In this document: in pieces, positions 1 to 12,860 of the stretch
How the letters are laid out: each line of letters begins with the position of its first letter
Position numbering within the stretch: the stretch's first letter is position 1
Source of the DNA: Mobula hypostoma
Taxonomy: Eukaryota
Assembly: GCF_963921235.1 (NCBI RefSeq)
Contig: NC_086108.1
Location: 46,750,001 to 46,814,000, forward strand
Direction: 5' to 3'
Length of the DNA stretch: 64,000 nucleotides
Program-made: the position numbers and the translations under genes
The notes under the pieces: model-generated
The model's database searches: none
Told to the model about the DNA's origin: nothing
The model's input: the letters and a program-made list of their open reading frames with translations, nothing else

Positions 1-2284
1 TTTAATAAATCCAGTCTGATCATCAGACATGATAGATGGTAAAATATTTTCAATTCTACGGGCCAAAACTTTGGATAGAATTTTAGTATCAACCTTAAGT
101 AAGGAAATTGGTCTGTATGAAGAGCATTCATTTGGGTTCTTATTCTTTTTAAGGATAAGTGAAATAGAAGCTTCATAGAAAGACTGTAGCAACTTACCCA
201 ACTTAAAGGAATCCAAAAAAACTGAACATAAATGAGGTATAAGCAGTAAGGAAAACGCCTTATAAAATTCTGCAGAAAATTCATCAGGACCTGGAGCCTT
301 CCCCGAGTGCAATGAACATACAGCCTCGGCAATTTCCTCATAAGAAATAGGTTGATCCAACTGTAAATGTAGGAATGTTTAATTGGTCTAAAAAATTATT
401 CATATTAGTATTATCAGAGGGTCAGAACTATAAAGTTTAGAATAGAATTCTCTAAAGATATCATTTATTTCTGAATGGTCAGTTGTCCTATCACCATTAG
501 CTTTACAAATTTCTTTAATTCACCTCTTAGCTATAAAGGTTTTTAATTGGTTAGCCTGTAATTTACCTGTTTTGTCTCCATGAATATAAAATTGACTTTT
601 ATCTTTTATGAGTTGACTTTCAATTGGATAAGTTAAAAGAAGATCATATTTGGTTTGAATTTCAACACGCCTTTTATATAAAGCAGGTTCTGGAGCCAAG
701 GCATATTTTTGGTCTAATTCTTTCAACTGATTAGCTAACTCAATTCTCCCTTCATTAGCTTTTTTCTTGACACTTGCAGTATATTAAATAATTTGTCCTC
801 TAATATAGGCCTTAAAAGCATCCCATATAATAAGACTAGAAATCTCTTCCGGTGTATTCTCCTCAAAAAAAAAAGAATAATTTGGCTCTCCAGAAACTTT
901 AAACAATCCTTATCAGATAGCAAAGTTAGATTAAAGCGCCAATATCTGTTTATTTGAGGAAAACCAGGGAGATTTAAAGATAAAAGCACAGGGGCATGAT
1001 CTGAGACAGCAACCTCTTTATATTCACAAGATCGAACTAATGGGATCATGTGGCTATCAATAAAAAAATAGTCAATCCTGGAATACGTATGGTGGACATG
1101 AGAAAAAAATGAATACTCCCTGTCTAGTGGATATAAGAAATGCCATACATCAACAATACCACATTTCATTAGAAATGATTGAATAAGCAAAGCTGATTTA
1201 TTAAGTGTCGCTGGTGTAAAAGATGACAGATCTAAAGATGGATCTAACCAGCAATTAAAGTCTCTTCCCATCACCAATGAGTAAAGGCTCGAATCTGGCA
1301 AAAACGAAAAAAAAAAATGCTTAAAGAATCCTGGGTTATCTGTATTCGGAGCATACAGATTAGCAAATACCATTAACTTATCATCTACTTTTCCTGACAC
1401 TATGACAAAATGCCCACTAATATCAGACACTACATTATGTTGGACAAAGGGAACTGTATTATCTGTAAAGATCAAAACTCCCCTAGACTTAGCCTGAAGA
1501 GGAATGAAAATGGAGTCCTCTCCATTTACTGAAAAGGCGTAAATTGTCACAATTACATACGTTTGTACATCAGTTTCTTGTAGAAAAATAATTGGAACTG
1601 TAAGTTTTTCAATATATGCAAAAATCTTATTCCATTTCACAGGACGATTTAATACTTTCACGTTAAGACTAAGTAAGTTAATCGTTTGATCCATTTTTAA
1701 TACTATTTAATAGAAAGGTTAAAGTAATAACCACTGGAATGTATATTAAAACCAAACAATAAACCTTGAAATGTGGTAACCAAGCAAAAGATCTCGCTAA
1801 AAATCCAAAACAGCTTCCAGAAAAAAAAACTTATCCCCCCCCACCCTCCTCCCAAAGTCAGAAAGCCAGCCAAAAGAAAGCCGACAGCTAAATCTAATGA
1901 TGTCACCCTCCCAAAAAACCTACTGGTCGAGCTCCTAATTAGTTTCAAGGTTAACTGCATTCCAATCTAGACAAAACAGTAGACAAAGAAAAAAGACTTA
2001 ACCCTCATAACAAGAACACATGTAGATTAATTATTAGTTTTAAAATGATAAAATGAAAAATACGCAAACTAAGCCTTATTGACAGGAAGAATCCTCAAGA
2101 AAAATAAGTATAATACAAAATAATAAAAAACCTATCAAAATTCAAACCATACGAACACACAAGATATTAAGTCATTAAAATCTTGTTCTCTAAAGCATTT
2201 AAAGTTTCAAAAGGAGAGTTAACTACACAGGTTTACCAAAAGTAAAAGAAGCAATTATTCATGTAGAAAGGTACTGAACAGTTA

Positions 2285-2401
2285 ATTAGATTAGATTAGA
2301 TTATGAGGACACGCAGTCCTCTTTTATTGTCATTTAGTAATGCATGCATTAAGAAACGATACAATGTTCCTCCAGAATGATATCACAGAAACACAAGACA
2401 A
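2285..2401 (-). repeat. Short LINE 3'-end fragment with (TCTAA)n tail inserted in the L1
   Basis: attagattagattagatt tail; aataaaa poly(A) signal on the minus strand. Confidence 0.5.
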
Positions 2402-3058
2402 TCTTCTGATTTTAAGAATTTCTGAGCTTCTTCACTCGAATGGAACCATTCCTTAGAGCCATCCTTCAGTATAGTTCTGAGCCAAGCATGATAACGAAAA
2501 GAAGGTTTAAAAACTTTGTTAAAAAGTTCTGACATAACCTTTTTGAACCTAGTACGCCATTTCGTGCCCATGGGTGAAAAATCCTTGACGATCCTGATCT
2601 TCTGACCATTATAATCAATCATTCCTCTTCGACGGGATTCACGAATTAAACGATCCTTTGTTTGAAATTCATGAAAACAGGTTATCACTGATCTGGTCTT
2701 GCTCAGGTGGTCCAGACACAAACAATCTATGAGCTCGATCAATCATAGGTAAAGACATTAAGATTTTAGGAAATAATTTTGCTGAAAAGCTTGCAAGGGA
2801 TTCAGTAGGCTGTTCACCTTCCATTAACTCTTCAAGACCCAGAATTCATAGATTATTTCTTCTGCTTCTGTTTTCTAAATTGATAATCTTCTGTCTTAAT
2901 TTTTTATTAGACTTAGATTGTTTTTCACAAAGCTTATGTAGGTCATCCATTTTCACATCCAAAATCATCAGAGCTTCTTCATTCTCTTCTATTCGTTTAT
3001 CATGTTCAGTTAAGGTTTTTTGAATACAATCCAATTCTGCATCTATTTGTTTAATTTC

Positions 3059-3534
3059 AGTGCTATCATGTTTGCTGTTGTGTGCTGGGGCAGCAGGCTG
3101 AGGGTAGCAGACACCAACAGAATCGACAAACTCATTCGTAAGGCCAGTGATGTCGTGGGGACGGAACTGGACTCTCTGACGGTGGTGTCTGAAAAGAGGA
3201 TGCTGTCCAAGTTGCATGCCATCTTGGACAATGTCTCCCATCCACTACATAATGGACTGGTTGGGCACAGGAGTACATTCAGCCAGAGACTCATTCCCCC
3301 GAGATGCAACACTGAGTGTCACAGGAAGTCATTCCTGCCTGTGGCCAACAAACTTTACAACTCCTCCCTTGGAGGGTCAGACACCCTGAGCCAATAGGCT
3401 GGTCCTGGACTTATTTTCTGGCATAATTTAAATATTACTATTTAATTATTTATGGTTTCATTACTATCTAATTATTTATGGTGCAACTGCAACGAAAACC
3501 AATTTCCCTCGGGATCAATAAAATATGACTATGA
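3059..3534 (+). mobile_element. Rex1/Babar-like LINE 3' fragment inserted in L1 ORF1
   Basis: FAVVCWG...HRKSFLPVANKLYN C-terminus, aataaa and (TATGAC)n tail; second copy at 9318. Confidence 0.75.
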
Positions 3535-3595
3535 GTTGTTGGAACTACTGCTGAAACTTGTCGGAGGATTATTTTCTGTGTTTTCAAAGCAAATC

Positions 3596-3993
3596 TTCTT
3601 TCTTTTTCAATCTTTTTATTAGTTTCATAAAATAAAAACATAACATAGCAATAATACAAAATTATTGGAAATACATTGTTATACTTAAAATGAGTAATTA
3701 TAAAACCAAATAGTATAAATTGACAGAATTCCCAATCACGTAGGATAATAATGAATAATACAGGACAAAAAAAGGACAAAAAAACAAACAAAAAAAAACT
3801 GGAGAAAAATCATGAAAAAGAAAAAAATAGAAAAAAAAACAAACCCCACCCCAAAAAAAGACTAAACTAAACAGAATTAGTCAACTAAACTAAAAAGACT
3901 TGGGTAATTCTAACAACGTAAAAATGGAAGAGAAGAAAACCTTAGTGTCAACGACTCCACTCCTCTCAACCAACAGTACAAAGAAGTAAAGCG
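3596..3993 (-). mobile_element. L1 3'-UTR fragment inserted into the older L1
   Basis: TSD aagcaaatc at 3587-3595 and 3994-4002; tail aataaaaagattgaaaaagaaagaa nearly identical to that of the L1 at 55574-61468. Confidence 0.8.
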
Positions 3994-4199
3994 AAGCAAA
4001 TCCATTATACCTTCCAAAGATGCAGGAGGTTCTTCTTCTTTAGTACCTTTGGCACCCCTTGTACTCACAGTACTCATAGTAAAACAAAATGATTTTTAAA
4101 AGTAAGGTTTCAAAACATCTCGGAGACAGTAAAGTAAGTAAAGTAGGAGCGACTGTAAAAGGCTGTTACTCCATCAACAACCAGCAGGAGATCTCCTCG

Positions 4200-4670
4200 G
4201 GGGGGAGAGAAACACAAGGTGATAGGTGAAACCTGAAGGGGGAGGGATGAATTAAAGAGCTGAGAAGTTGATTGGTGAAAGAGACAGAAGACCATGGAAG
4301 AAAGAAAGGTGGGGGGAGCATCAGAGGGAGGCCATGGGCAGGTAAGGAGATAAGGTGAGAGGGGGAAAAGAGGATGGAAAATGGTGAGGGGGGTGGTTTG
4401 TGGGGCATTATCAAAAGTTTTGAAACCGATGTTCATGCCATCAGGCTGGAGGCTACCCAAATGGAATATAAAGTGCTGTTCCTCCAACCTAAATGTGGCC
4501 TCATCTTAAAAGACTATGGATGGACATATTGGAATGGGAATGGGAAGTGGAATTAAAATGGGTGGCCACTGGGAGATCCCGATTTTTCTGGTGGACAGAG
4601 CATTCAAACACCTACGTTCCATCCCCCAGAAAAAACGGGATCTCCCAGTGGCCACCCATTTTAATTCCAT
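4200..4670 (-). mobile_element. Penelope-like element remnant (GIY-YIG C-terminal part) with an inverted 5' piece
   Basis: EEQHFIFHLGSLQPDGMNI and DLPVATHFNS motifs; pyrimidine-rich 3' region. Confidence 0.8.
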
Positions 4671-4935
4671 CAAACAGAAATTTGGAATACTAGCATTCAG
4701 TAAAGATCTGTTGGCAGCCAATTCAACACTGTAGAGGGGCACCTGGTAATTTAACAGGACAGCAGGAATGCACTTTGGTTATATAAATTATGAAGAAAGT
4801 TTATCTCATTTTTTTATTTCTTTTGCCTTTTATCCTACTATATACTTCCTGTTCAGATTTACCTTCCTCTCCCCAAATCTCCAGATTATAAGACTTGACA
4901 GGATAGAATTTTATCCTCCTTTGTATGCACTAAAC

Positions 4936-5296
4936 CAGCAGTCCCCAACCACCAGGCCGCGGACCGGTACTGGGCCGCAAAGCATGCGCTACCGGGCCGC
5001 AGCGAAACGATATGATTTGACGATAGGAGTCAGCTGCACCTTTCCTCATTCCCTGTCACGCCCACTGTTGAGCTCATTACGCACGCGAGGTCATTACCCG
5101 CGCGTCATCCATGTCAGCGCGGGAAGGAGATTCAATTCCTCGAGCTTGCAAATTACGGTGGGCTGAAAAGTATGTTTGACATAACATCTCTGCCGGCATT
5201 CCGGATCAAAGTCAAGGCTGAATATCCTGAAATAGCCACAAAAACACTGAAAACGCTTAAGCCGGTCCGCAGTGCAAAAAAGGTTGGGGACCCCTG
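4936..5296. mobile_element. Non-autonomous hAT (Charlie-like) DNA element
   Basis: 8-bp TSD cactaaac at 4928-4935 and 5297-5304; TIR cagcagtccccaacc / ggttggggacccctg. Confidence 0.85.
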
Positions 5297-6350
5297 CACT
5301 AAACAGTTTCAAAATTTTGTATCATTTTACCTCAGTACATTATTCATTTAATGCTCAAGACCTAGAATGACCTGCCAAAGGGTCTCAGCCTAAAATATCA
5401 ACGGTACTTTTTTTTCATAGATGCTGCCTGGACTGCTGAGTTCCTCCAGAGTTTTATGTGTTGCTTGGATTTCCAGCATCTGCAGATTTTCTCTTGTTTG
5501 TGAATGAATTTCTACCTTGTTATATCGCCAAACTTCTTCAGCTTTAATGACAGTTCAAACAACACTTCAGGTATTGATCACAAGCATTCTGGCCTTTTTG
5601 TGCATATTAGGTTGAATCTCTATTTTCCATACATTAAAAAAAAGTCTTCCACCACACCATACCACCAGGATATACAGTACTCTCCTCCCACTGTGCCTCC
5701 TGGCCTCACCCCCACCTTTCCCAATCCTCCCATCCAAGCAAGCAGTGATTGTATCTTCCCTTCTGCAAATTCAAGGCAAATGTGTACTGCAATGTGTCTG
5801 TATGAGGGGTCTGCTAGATCTGCACAGGTAGAAATGTGTGCATAATTTTGCATGTGTATGTTGTTGAAGTAGTGATAAGTTGCACAGTAGTTGGCAAGAG
5901 GTCTTTGTCGATGCACTCATTGACCAAACTTACGAGGACATTCAATGTTTTTTCTGCACTGGGACCTGGTCTCAAGTATATTTCTCAAGATCCCCCCACT
6001 GGACACTTCATTCCACAAGTGCTTCATTTCAGATATTTGTAGCTTTCTGTGCTCCCAAGAACACAAATATGCATAGATAAAATGGGATGAATATGCCTTG
6101 CCCATATTTTTGTCTTTGAGCAATTTGTTCCAGCAAAGGTTGGAATCAGTGACCATCTCTTCTTTAAGGATGTGGGCATGAAATGAACTAGCTCTAGTTA
6201 GATGGAGCTCTGGACTCCTAATATTGCCTGCAATTACTGAGTGTCAATATGGACAAGTTGATGATTGAAGCTGCTTAAAGTTGGGAAAGCCCTTGAATTC
6301 TTCCCTGGGTTACACACAGAAAAATCATGAGAACAGCACTGAAATAAACT

Positions 6351-6870
6351 TAACGCTGATTTATACTTCTGCGTCAAATGGACGCCGTCACCTACGCAAG
6401 TGGCCTACATGCGTTGTGAGCATTTATACTTGTGCGTTGGTGTGTCTGCGTCGCTCTGTAATTCAGGCATGTCGCGCATGCGCACACACCTGCCCATGCA
6501 AGGCTTCATGGTCATGGTAGTCTTTGCCGGGGTAAACAAGTTTAAAGCGAGCATCTTTTTTCGTAAAAGCGAAATGTGTCCTCCATAGTTTCGGAGATCT
6601 GTAAAGCTTTATGGAAAGCATTGCAGCCAGAGTTCCTTCTCTGTCCTTCAGTCACCCAATGGGAAGCTATTGCGGTGTAGGAGGAAATGCGATGCTACCA
6701 AGTTGACCAATCACAGTTGATGCGGTCTGCGCTGCCACAACGCATAGTTACATTTTAGGAGAGGTGCACGTCAGGCTATGGCGTAGGGATCCATGTAGGC
6801 TCTGCGAAGGGTTCGCGGCTACACCGTACTTATGACGTCGATTTGACGCAGAAGTATAAATCAGACTTTA
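6351..6870. mobile_element. MITE, probably PIF/Harbinger-type
   Basis: About 30-bp TIR ctgatttatacttctgcgtcaaat at both ends; TAA/TTA flanks. Confidence 0.7.
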
Positions 6871-7303
6871 CGAGGGGAGATTGATAACTTCGTGGCCTAA
6901 GGTAGAAGGAGTCAATTTCAGAAAACCTAGCACATTTATTTTTCAACATAGTCCCCTCCTACATTTACACAGTTAGTCCAGCGGTCGTGGAGCATACGGA
7001 TCTTGGACCTCCAGAAAGAGTCCACAGCAGGGGTGATTGATAAGTTTGTGGCCTCGGTAGAAGGAGATGAGTTATACAGATCTCGTTACATGCACATGCA
7101 ATTCAACTCTTTGAGTGATTGTGCAGAAAGTTTGAAGTTAATAACTCATCAGGGGTGATTGATAAGTTCGTGGCCTAAGGTAGAAGGAGATGAGTTATTA
7201 ACTTCAAACTTTCAACAAAGAGTTGAACTGCATGTGCACGTAACGAGAGCTGTATAACTTATCTCCTTCTACCTTAGGGCACAAACTTATCGATCACACC
7301 TCG
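6871..7303 (-). mobile_element. Mariner-derived MITE
   Basis: TA flanks; about 40-bp TIR cgaggggagattgataacttcgtggcctaaggtagaaggag; remnant of mariner C-terminus (LHDRWTxCV..GDYVEK). Confidence 0.85.
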
Positions 7304-7754
7304 TATGTGGAGCTTAAAAAAAACATTGAATGAACTCAGTATGTCAAATAGTCCTGATGAAGGGTCTTGACCTGCAAGATTGGCCATCACACTTTGCATC
7401 CACAAATGCTGCTTGACCCGCTGAAGGTTATTTTTCCAACCTTGTGTCTCTGACCTGGTGTGCATCCTCCTTGTTTTACCATTAGCACATTTCCTAGCAA
7501 CTGTAATTGTATTCTGAGAATGCTGTTTGCAGGGAAAACATTCCAAGACCATAAATCAAAAAAGACTGTTATTTACTTCAGTGAGATGTTAAGAAGAAAC
7601 CTCCTGACTGAGTGACTATAATGTGGGTTTGCCTCAGTCGGAACTGGTTGCTATGACAAAGGCAGGTGCATTTAAAGGAAAACTAATATAGCACTTAAAT
7701 CTTCAGCAACAACTTTTCACCTATAACATAGCAATATGTCCCACAAGGTCCCAC

Positions 7755-7848
7755 ATGCTGCGTCAGCTTGGTATCCTCATGATTTATCATCTTAAACAGT
7801 GACGACAGCCAGTCTTGTATCATCTTATTCACTTCTCCAAGTTCTTCT
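7755..7848 (-). CDS. AXDND1: AXDND1 exon 10 (EELGEVNKMIQDWLSSLFKMINHEDTKLTQH)
   Basis: cttattccag acceptor, CAT|gtggga donor; 94 nt, phase 2 to 0; resembles recalled human NMIQQWLLKI segment. Confidence 0.8.
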
Positions 7849-9317
7849 CTGGAATAAGGTAATTACTTTGAAACTTACAGAATTAAATGAGGCAAAGCTA
7901 CGTGACAACCAAAGCATATCACGAAGTCAATCGGGAAGGATCTATTAAAATTTTAAAAAGTTATTTGTTGTTTTTAATTCAGCCACCCAGTTGACCTGAT
8001 CCCTTTCTTCAAAGGCTACCTTCATTCCAGCAAGATGCTCTGCCTAATTTCAAAGTGTATTCCTATATCCTTCTGCTACTGGAACTACTGCTCTATGACC
8101 ATGGATTACGTCCAGTCCAGGGTCAGCCAAGGTCCCATCATTGGATCCCATTAGTATCGCTTACCTAATACTCTCCCTAAGACTTCATAATGGCGGTGTT
8201 AACCTCAATGAGGAGATAGTGTCACAATCTGAAGTAGAAATGTGTGTTTTTTATTCTACGAGATGAAAACCCATTCCCAGGTGCGATGTGCGGAAGAGAA
8301 GTTGCCTGAAATATCACAGAAGCAATCTGAATAGGAAGGTGTCAAAACAGTTGAGTTCAGGAATGCACACTTCAGTCTGGAGTTGGGGCAGTGGAGAAGA
8401 AATTTATGAAATTCAGTAAGGTAGGCTATACTGATACAACAGACAATATGAATTGCCAGAAAGCATCTTGAGTGGAAGGTCATCAGCCACACAAGACAAT
8501 TAGCCAACTAACTGAAACTCACTGAAAAAAAATCACAAAAATAATTTTCCAAAAAGCTAACCCAGGGAACACAGACATTTCAAAATATCAACCACCTACA
8601 TAAAACAACGAAAATAGACACCTGTTGTTTTTCTAAGTAAATTATAATTTGGAATATTCTTACATTTCAGTTCTTTCTGGTTAAAGTGAGTCAATTAGTT
8701 AAATTAAAATTTATCCATTAGAAAGGATTGTTTTATTTTATTACGTAGATGTTAAGGAAAGTAATAGTCACCAAACACAATGGAAAGATGTTTCTATGCG
8801 CACCTAAGCCTTTAGCGGAAGGACTAAGTATCTACAATAAGCACAATCTGTGCCTGTCAGGACATGCTAAACAATCAGATTATTGTGCAGAAACACATAA
8901 TATATGAAGGTTTGAATACACAGTTTAGAAAGGGGGTGTTAAAACAGAGACTTCAAAACATGAAGTTCTGGTTGTTTTGAATCTCCTGGCAAAAATCCAC
9001 ATTTTCACTGTTAATCATAGATTTAGTCGTTGTCAATGATTTGTTATACTATGTCTGTATTTGATGCAGAAATCTCCAATTTATATGAATAACTTATAAA
9101 TAACTCATTGTCAGAGATGTTTAGTTAGCCAGACATTCCTCTGTTATCTTTAAATCTATGATATCAGTTGTGGTTTCAACTCTTAATTTATTTTCTCTTT
9201 GCATACCTCTGATGTGTGAGGAATCCAACTGTTCACCCACAGGAAAGAGAGAAAGAGAGAGTTAGAGTCAAATATAAACTTAATTCATTTCAGCATCATG
9301 TTATTCTGGAATATAAA

Positions 9318-9786
9318 ATGTTGTGTGCTGGGGCAGCAGGCTGAGGGTGGCAGACACCAAGAGAATCAACAAACTCATTCGTAAGGCCAATGATGTTGTA
9401 GGGATGGAACTGGACTCTCTCACTGTGGTGTCTGAAAAGAGGATGCTGTCTAAGTTGCATGCCATCTTGGTCAATGTCTCCCATCCACTACATAATGTAC
9501 TGGGTGGGCACAGGAGTACATTCAGCCAGAGACTCATTCCACCAAGATGCAGCACAGAGCGTCACAGGAAGTCATTCCTGCCTGTGGCCATCAAACTTTA
9601 CAACTCCTCCCTTGGAGGGTCAGACACCCTGAGCCAATAGGCTGGTCCTGGACTTATTCATAATTTACTGGCATAATTTACATATTACCATTTAACTATT
9701 TATGGTTCTATTACTATTTATTAGTTATGGAGCAACTGTAACGAAAACCAATTTCCCCCCGGGATTGATAAAGTATGACTATGACT
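9318..9786 (+). mobile_element. Rex1/Babar-like LINE 3' fragment
   Basis: ORF 9323..9640 nearly identical to 3020..3397; (TATGAC)n tail. Confidence 0.75.
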
Positions 9787-10057
9787 AAAAGCATTTTATA
9801 TGTTATATTCTGTGATTATAACTATTTAAAAATAATTTTTATTTGCTTATAATTGTTAAAATTTGGTTTTGTTGGGATTTAAATATTTTACCAGAGATTT
9901 GTGAACATGCTTTCTAACTTCATTCTTGAAATAAGAAAATAATTAAACATAAACATGCAAATTTGAAATTAAAACAGAAAATCCTTAAAATACTGAGCAA
10001 ATCAGATGGCACCTGTGGAGAGAGAAACAAGTAATGAAACTGTACAATTAGTAATAC

Positions 10058-10271
10058 CTGATATCTGGGAGATTGCTTTCTTTCTCCCCTTCATTCTGTG
10101 TTGCTGTTAGTTTCACTGTCTCTTCCAATTGACTAATCAATGTAGGGAAGAAGTCAGAAAGCTTCAGCAAATTATGTTCTATCAATCTTTTATCTTCTAG
10201 ATTGACAAAGTCAAATTTAGTTTGACAGGATTCAAATGTGTCCTGGAACTTCATTAAATGCCAAGCAGTGC
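10058..10271 (-). CDS. AXDND1: AXDND1 exon 9 (TAWHLMKFQDTFESC...ESNLPDIR)
   Basis: ttttaacag acceptor, AG|gtatta donor; 214 nt, phase 1 to 2; lies within ORF 10048..10287. Confidence 0.82.
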
Positions 10272-11639
10272 CTGTTAAAATAACCACAGATAAAATTGTT
10301 TCAGCAATCCATAATAATTCTTGGTCTATTGTGATCTGGATTGAAAGAGTGTGAGCTCATTGTGTTTATAGGATTAGGGAAAAGGAAAACTCTCAATCTC
10401 ATTGATTAAGAACAGTATTCTAATTCACTGCATCACCAGACACTTTGTTCTGCCCTGGCGTATTCAACATGTTAAATTTTAATCAATCAAAACCTTACAG
10501 TAGATCAAAATACAAGTTACAACTTTGTCTCAGTTATAGCACCCTCACTAAGTTATGAAATGAAACCCCAGGTCAGAGACATCCACTTCAGTTCAGTTGT
10601 AGGGAAGTACTGACTTTCACAGGGGAAATTACAAGAAGCATCCTTTGTCTTATCTAGTGGATGTAAAAGAAACTAAGACATAATTAAAAGAAAGGCTGTT
10701 CACACTCATATCTATCCCTTAAATGACATCCTTAAACAGCAGTTTGTGCGTGTTCCTTGGATTTTCAGCATCTACAGATTTTCTCTTGTTTGTGATTTTC
10801 TTAAAACATTGATGCTTGAGGGACCATGTTACATATAAATTAATTACTACCATTCCTGCACTCCACAACTTCAGTAGTTTTATATCACAGGTTATAACGA
10901 GGTTTGGGATGTGCTGAAACCATAGATGAGTTGTAGAATTGTAGATCTTTCCATTTAGAGTACAGTTATAGAGTGAGCAAAAACATAAACAATTTATAGT
11001 TTTTTGCTTTCTTTGTAACTCATGTTTACAACCTCAGGATATCTATGGCTTTCCAAATGAAGTTCTGCTAAATACTAAAGCCAATTCTATTTCACCATTC
11101 CAGGATTAACACAGCAATAAATCCCTTATGTCTTTGAACTAAAACAATCTGGGATTAGATTCCATGATGACACTTCAATGCAATATCAAGAAGTAAGAGC
11201 TTTATCTCATGGATGAAAGAAAACTTAAAAATAACTTGCATATATGGTACTTCATGGCACTATTTTGAAGAAAAGTGAGGAGCAGTGCCAGACAACATCT
11301 ATTCCTCAATCAATATCATTTTTTTAAAGTGTGGAAGCTTGCTAAAGTTTCTTACTTTACATCAATAATTACATGTGAGAGGAACTTCATAGACTGGAGA
11401 TCACTTTGAGATATTATAAAAGAGGCACAAAAGACACTACTTAAAGATAAGTCTTCCTTCCTTTATTTCTAAAATATTCTGTGATGCATTTGTGATGGTT
11501 CATAAGCAGATTAAACAAATGGGCTCCATTATAAACTTTAAAATTCTGAATTCCATTGCACAGCAGACCTTCCTAATGCACCTTCGGTTTCCCTTCAGCA
11601 ACCTCCAACAGCGGTAACAGATTCACAATGGCAAACTTT

Positions 11640-12150
11640 CTTGGGCACATTGGACTTTGTTGCAAGTGGGTTGGAGATTAAGAATAGGGAGCTTTTGTAA
11701 CAGTTTTACCAGGAGTTGGTGAGACGCCATCTAGAATACTTTACACGGTTTCAGCCCACTTACCTAAAAATGGATCTAGTAGCATCGGAGGTGGTCCAAA
11801 GGAGATTCATCAGGCTAATTACTGAAAAAGTTGTCCTATCAAGAGAGGCCAGCCAAATGGGTTTATATTCTGTGGAGCTTAGAAGAATGAGGTGTGACCT
11901 TTTTCAAACACGTAAGATCCAAAGAGAGGTTGATAAGTAACTACCGAGATGTTACCACAAGTGAGAGACTCACAAGCAAGGGGACAGATACAAGATAAGG
12001 GACCATTCATCTAAAACTGAGGTATGAGAAAATTTGTTCTCTCAGAGGGTTGTCAATCCTTGAGGCTGGGGGAGGCCAACGATTAGTTATATTTAAGGTG
12101 GAGATAGATAAACATTTGAAAGATTGAGGCCTATTCCTGCCCCAATATTC
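11640..12150 (+). mobile_element. Old CR1 3' fragment
   Basis: VRRHLEY...VQRRFIRLI...LRRMRCDL remnant. Confidence 0.7.
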
Positions 12151-12625
12151 TTATCTTCTTGTGTTCACAAAGCAGTTCTCTGGTGACAGAGTGAGATATA
12201 AATATGAAATCTGAACATTGTATTGGTTTCTCATGACCACGTAGTTAATAAAGGTAAGTATGTTCCTCAGATTCACTGAATTCTTCAATATGACTTTTGG
12301 TAGAGGAAAGCTGTAGCAGAAACCTGTTGTAAACACAAGAAATGCTGCTTGATGCTGGAAATCCAGAGCAACATGCATACATGAAATGCTCGTGGAACTT
12401 AGCAGGTCAGCCAGATTCTAAGGAAATGAATAAACAGTTGATGTTTTGGACTGAGACCTGCGATTATTCATTTCTTGCTTTAAACCCTTTGCTAGAACTT
12501 TCGCAAAATTTACAGACAAGTAAATTTTTTGTATGAACCAGTTAGTGACAGGCCATCAACTGTAGATGTTGTATAACAGAAGTCTTTAATTGGAAAAAAA
12601 ATGAGTAAAAGAACTTCAGAAATAC

Positions 12626-12860
12626 CATTTTCCCCTGACAGCATGATCTCACACCGCTGAGAGAGTGCATCAACGCTGTTGTTTAACTTTTCCATTGTTA
12701 TCTGCTCAGGCAATTTTTCATCAAAGGCCCACTGGTGACGACTAAAGAGTACCAGGCTGAGATCGGTCCAGTCACTTTGCAGCTGCATTATCTCTGACAG
12801 CGCTTCTTGATTAGCTAGGAGCAATGACCCTTCAAACCGTTCATAGTCTTGAGAAATCAT
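12626..12860 (-). CDS. AXDND1: AXDND1 exon 8 (MISQDYERFEGSLLL...LFSRHQ...CEIMLSGENG)
   Basis: ttttcttcag acceptor, G|gtattt donor; 235 nt, phase 0 to 1; lies within ORF 12510..12860. Confidence 0.88.

Larger units (their letters stand above)
1..4200 (-). mobile_element. Decayed L1-clade LINE (5' UTR, ORF1, APE endonuclease and start of RT), running off the window start
   Basis: ORF 735..1694 has FLQET, YSRIDYFF and SDHAP (APE); KAPGPD-like sequence near 300; ORF1 pieces 2383..2742 and 2846..3058 (LENRSRRNNL); ORF1 ATG near 4077; frameshifts and nested inserts. Confidence 0.9.

Noticed and set aside
4670..4742. Possible next AXDND1 exon (ccag|VPLYSVELAANRSLLNASIPNF)
   Set aside because: Only a short IPNF resemblance, weak pyrimidine tract, no donor, and it runs into a PLE; the next exon probably lies outside the window.
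5504..6300. Cluster of short overlapping ORFs
   Set aside because: No recognisable domain or consistent splice signals.
6871..7303. Spaced repeats of about 40 bp resembling a CRISPR array
   Set aside because: Eukaryotic context, irregular spacing, terminal copy inverted and no cas genes; these are mariner TIR copies.
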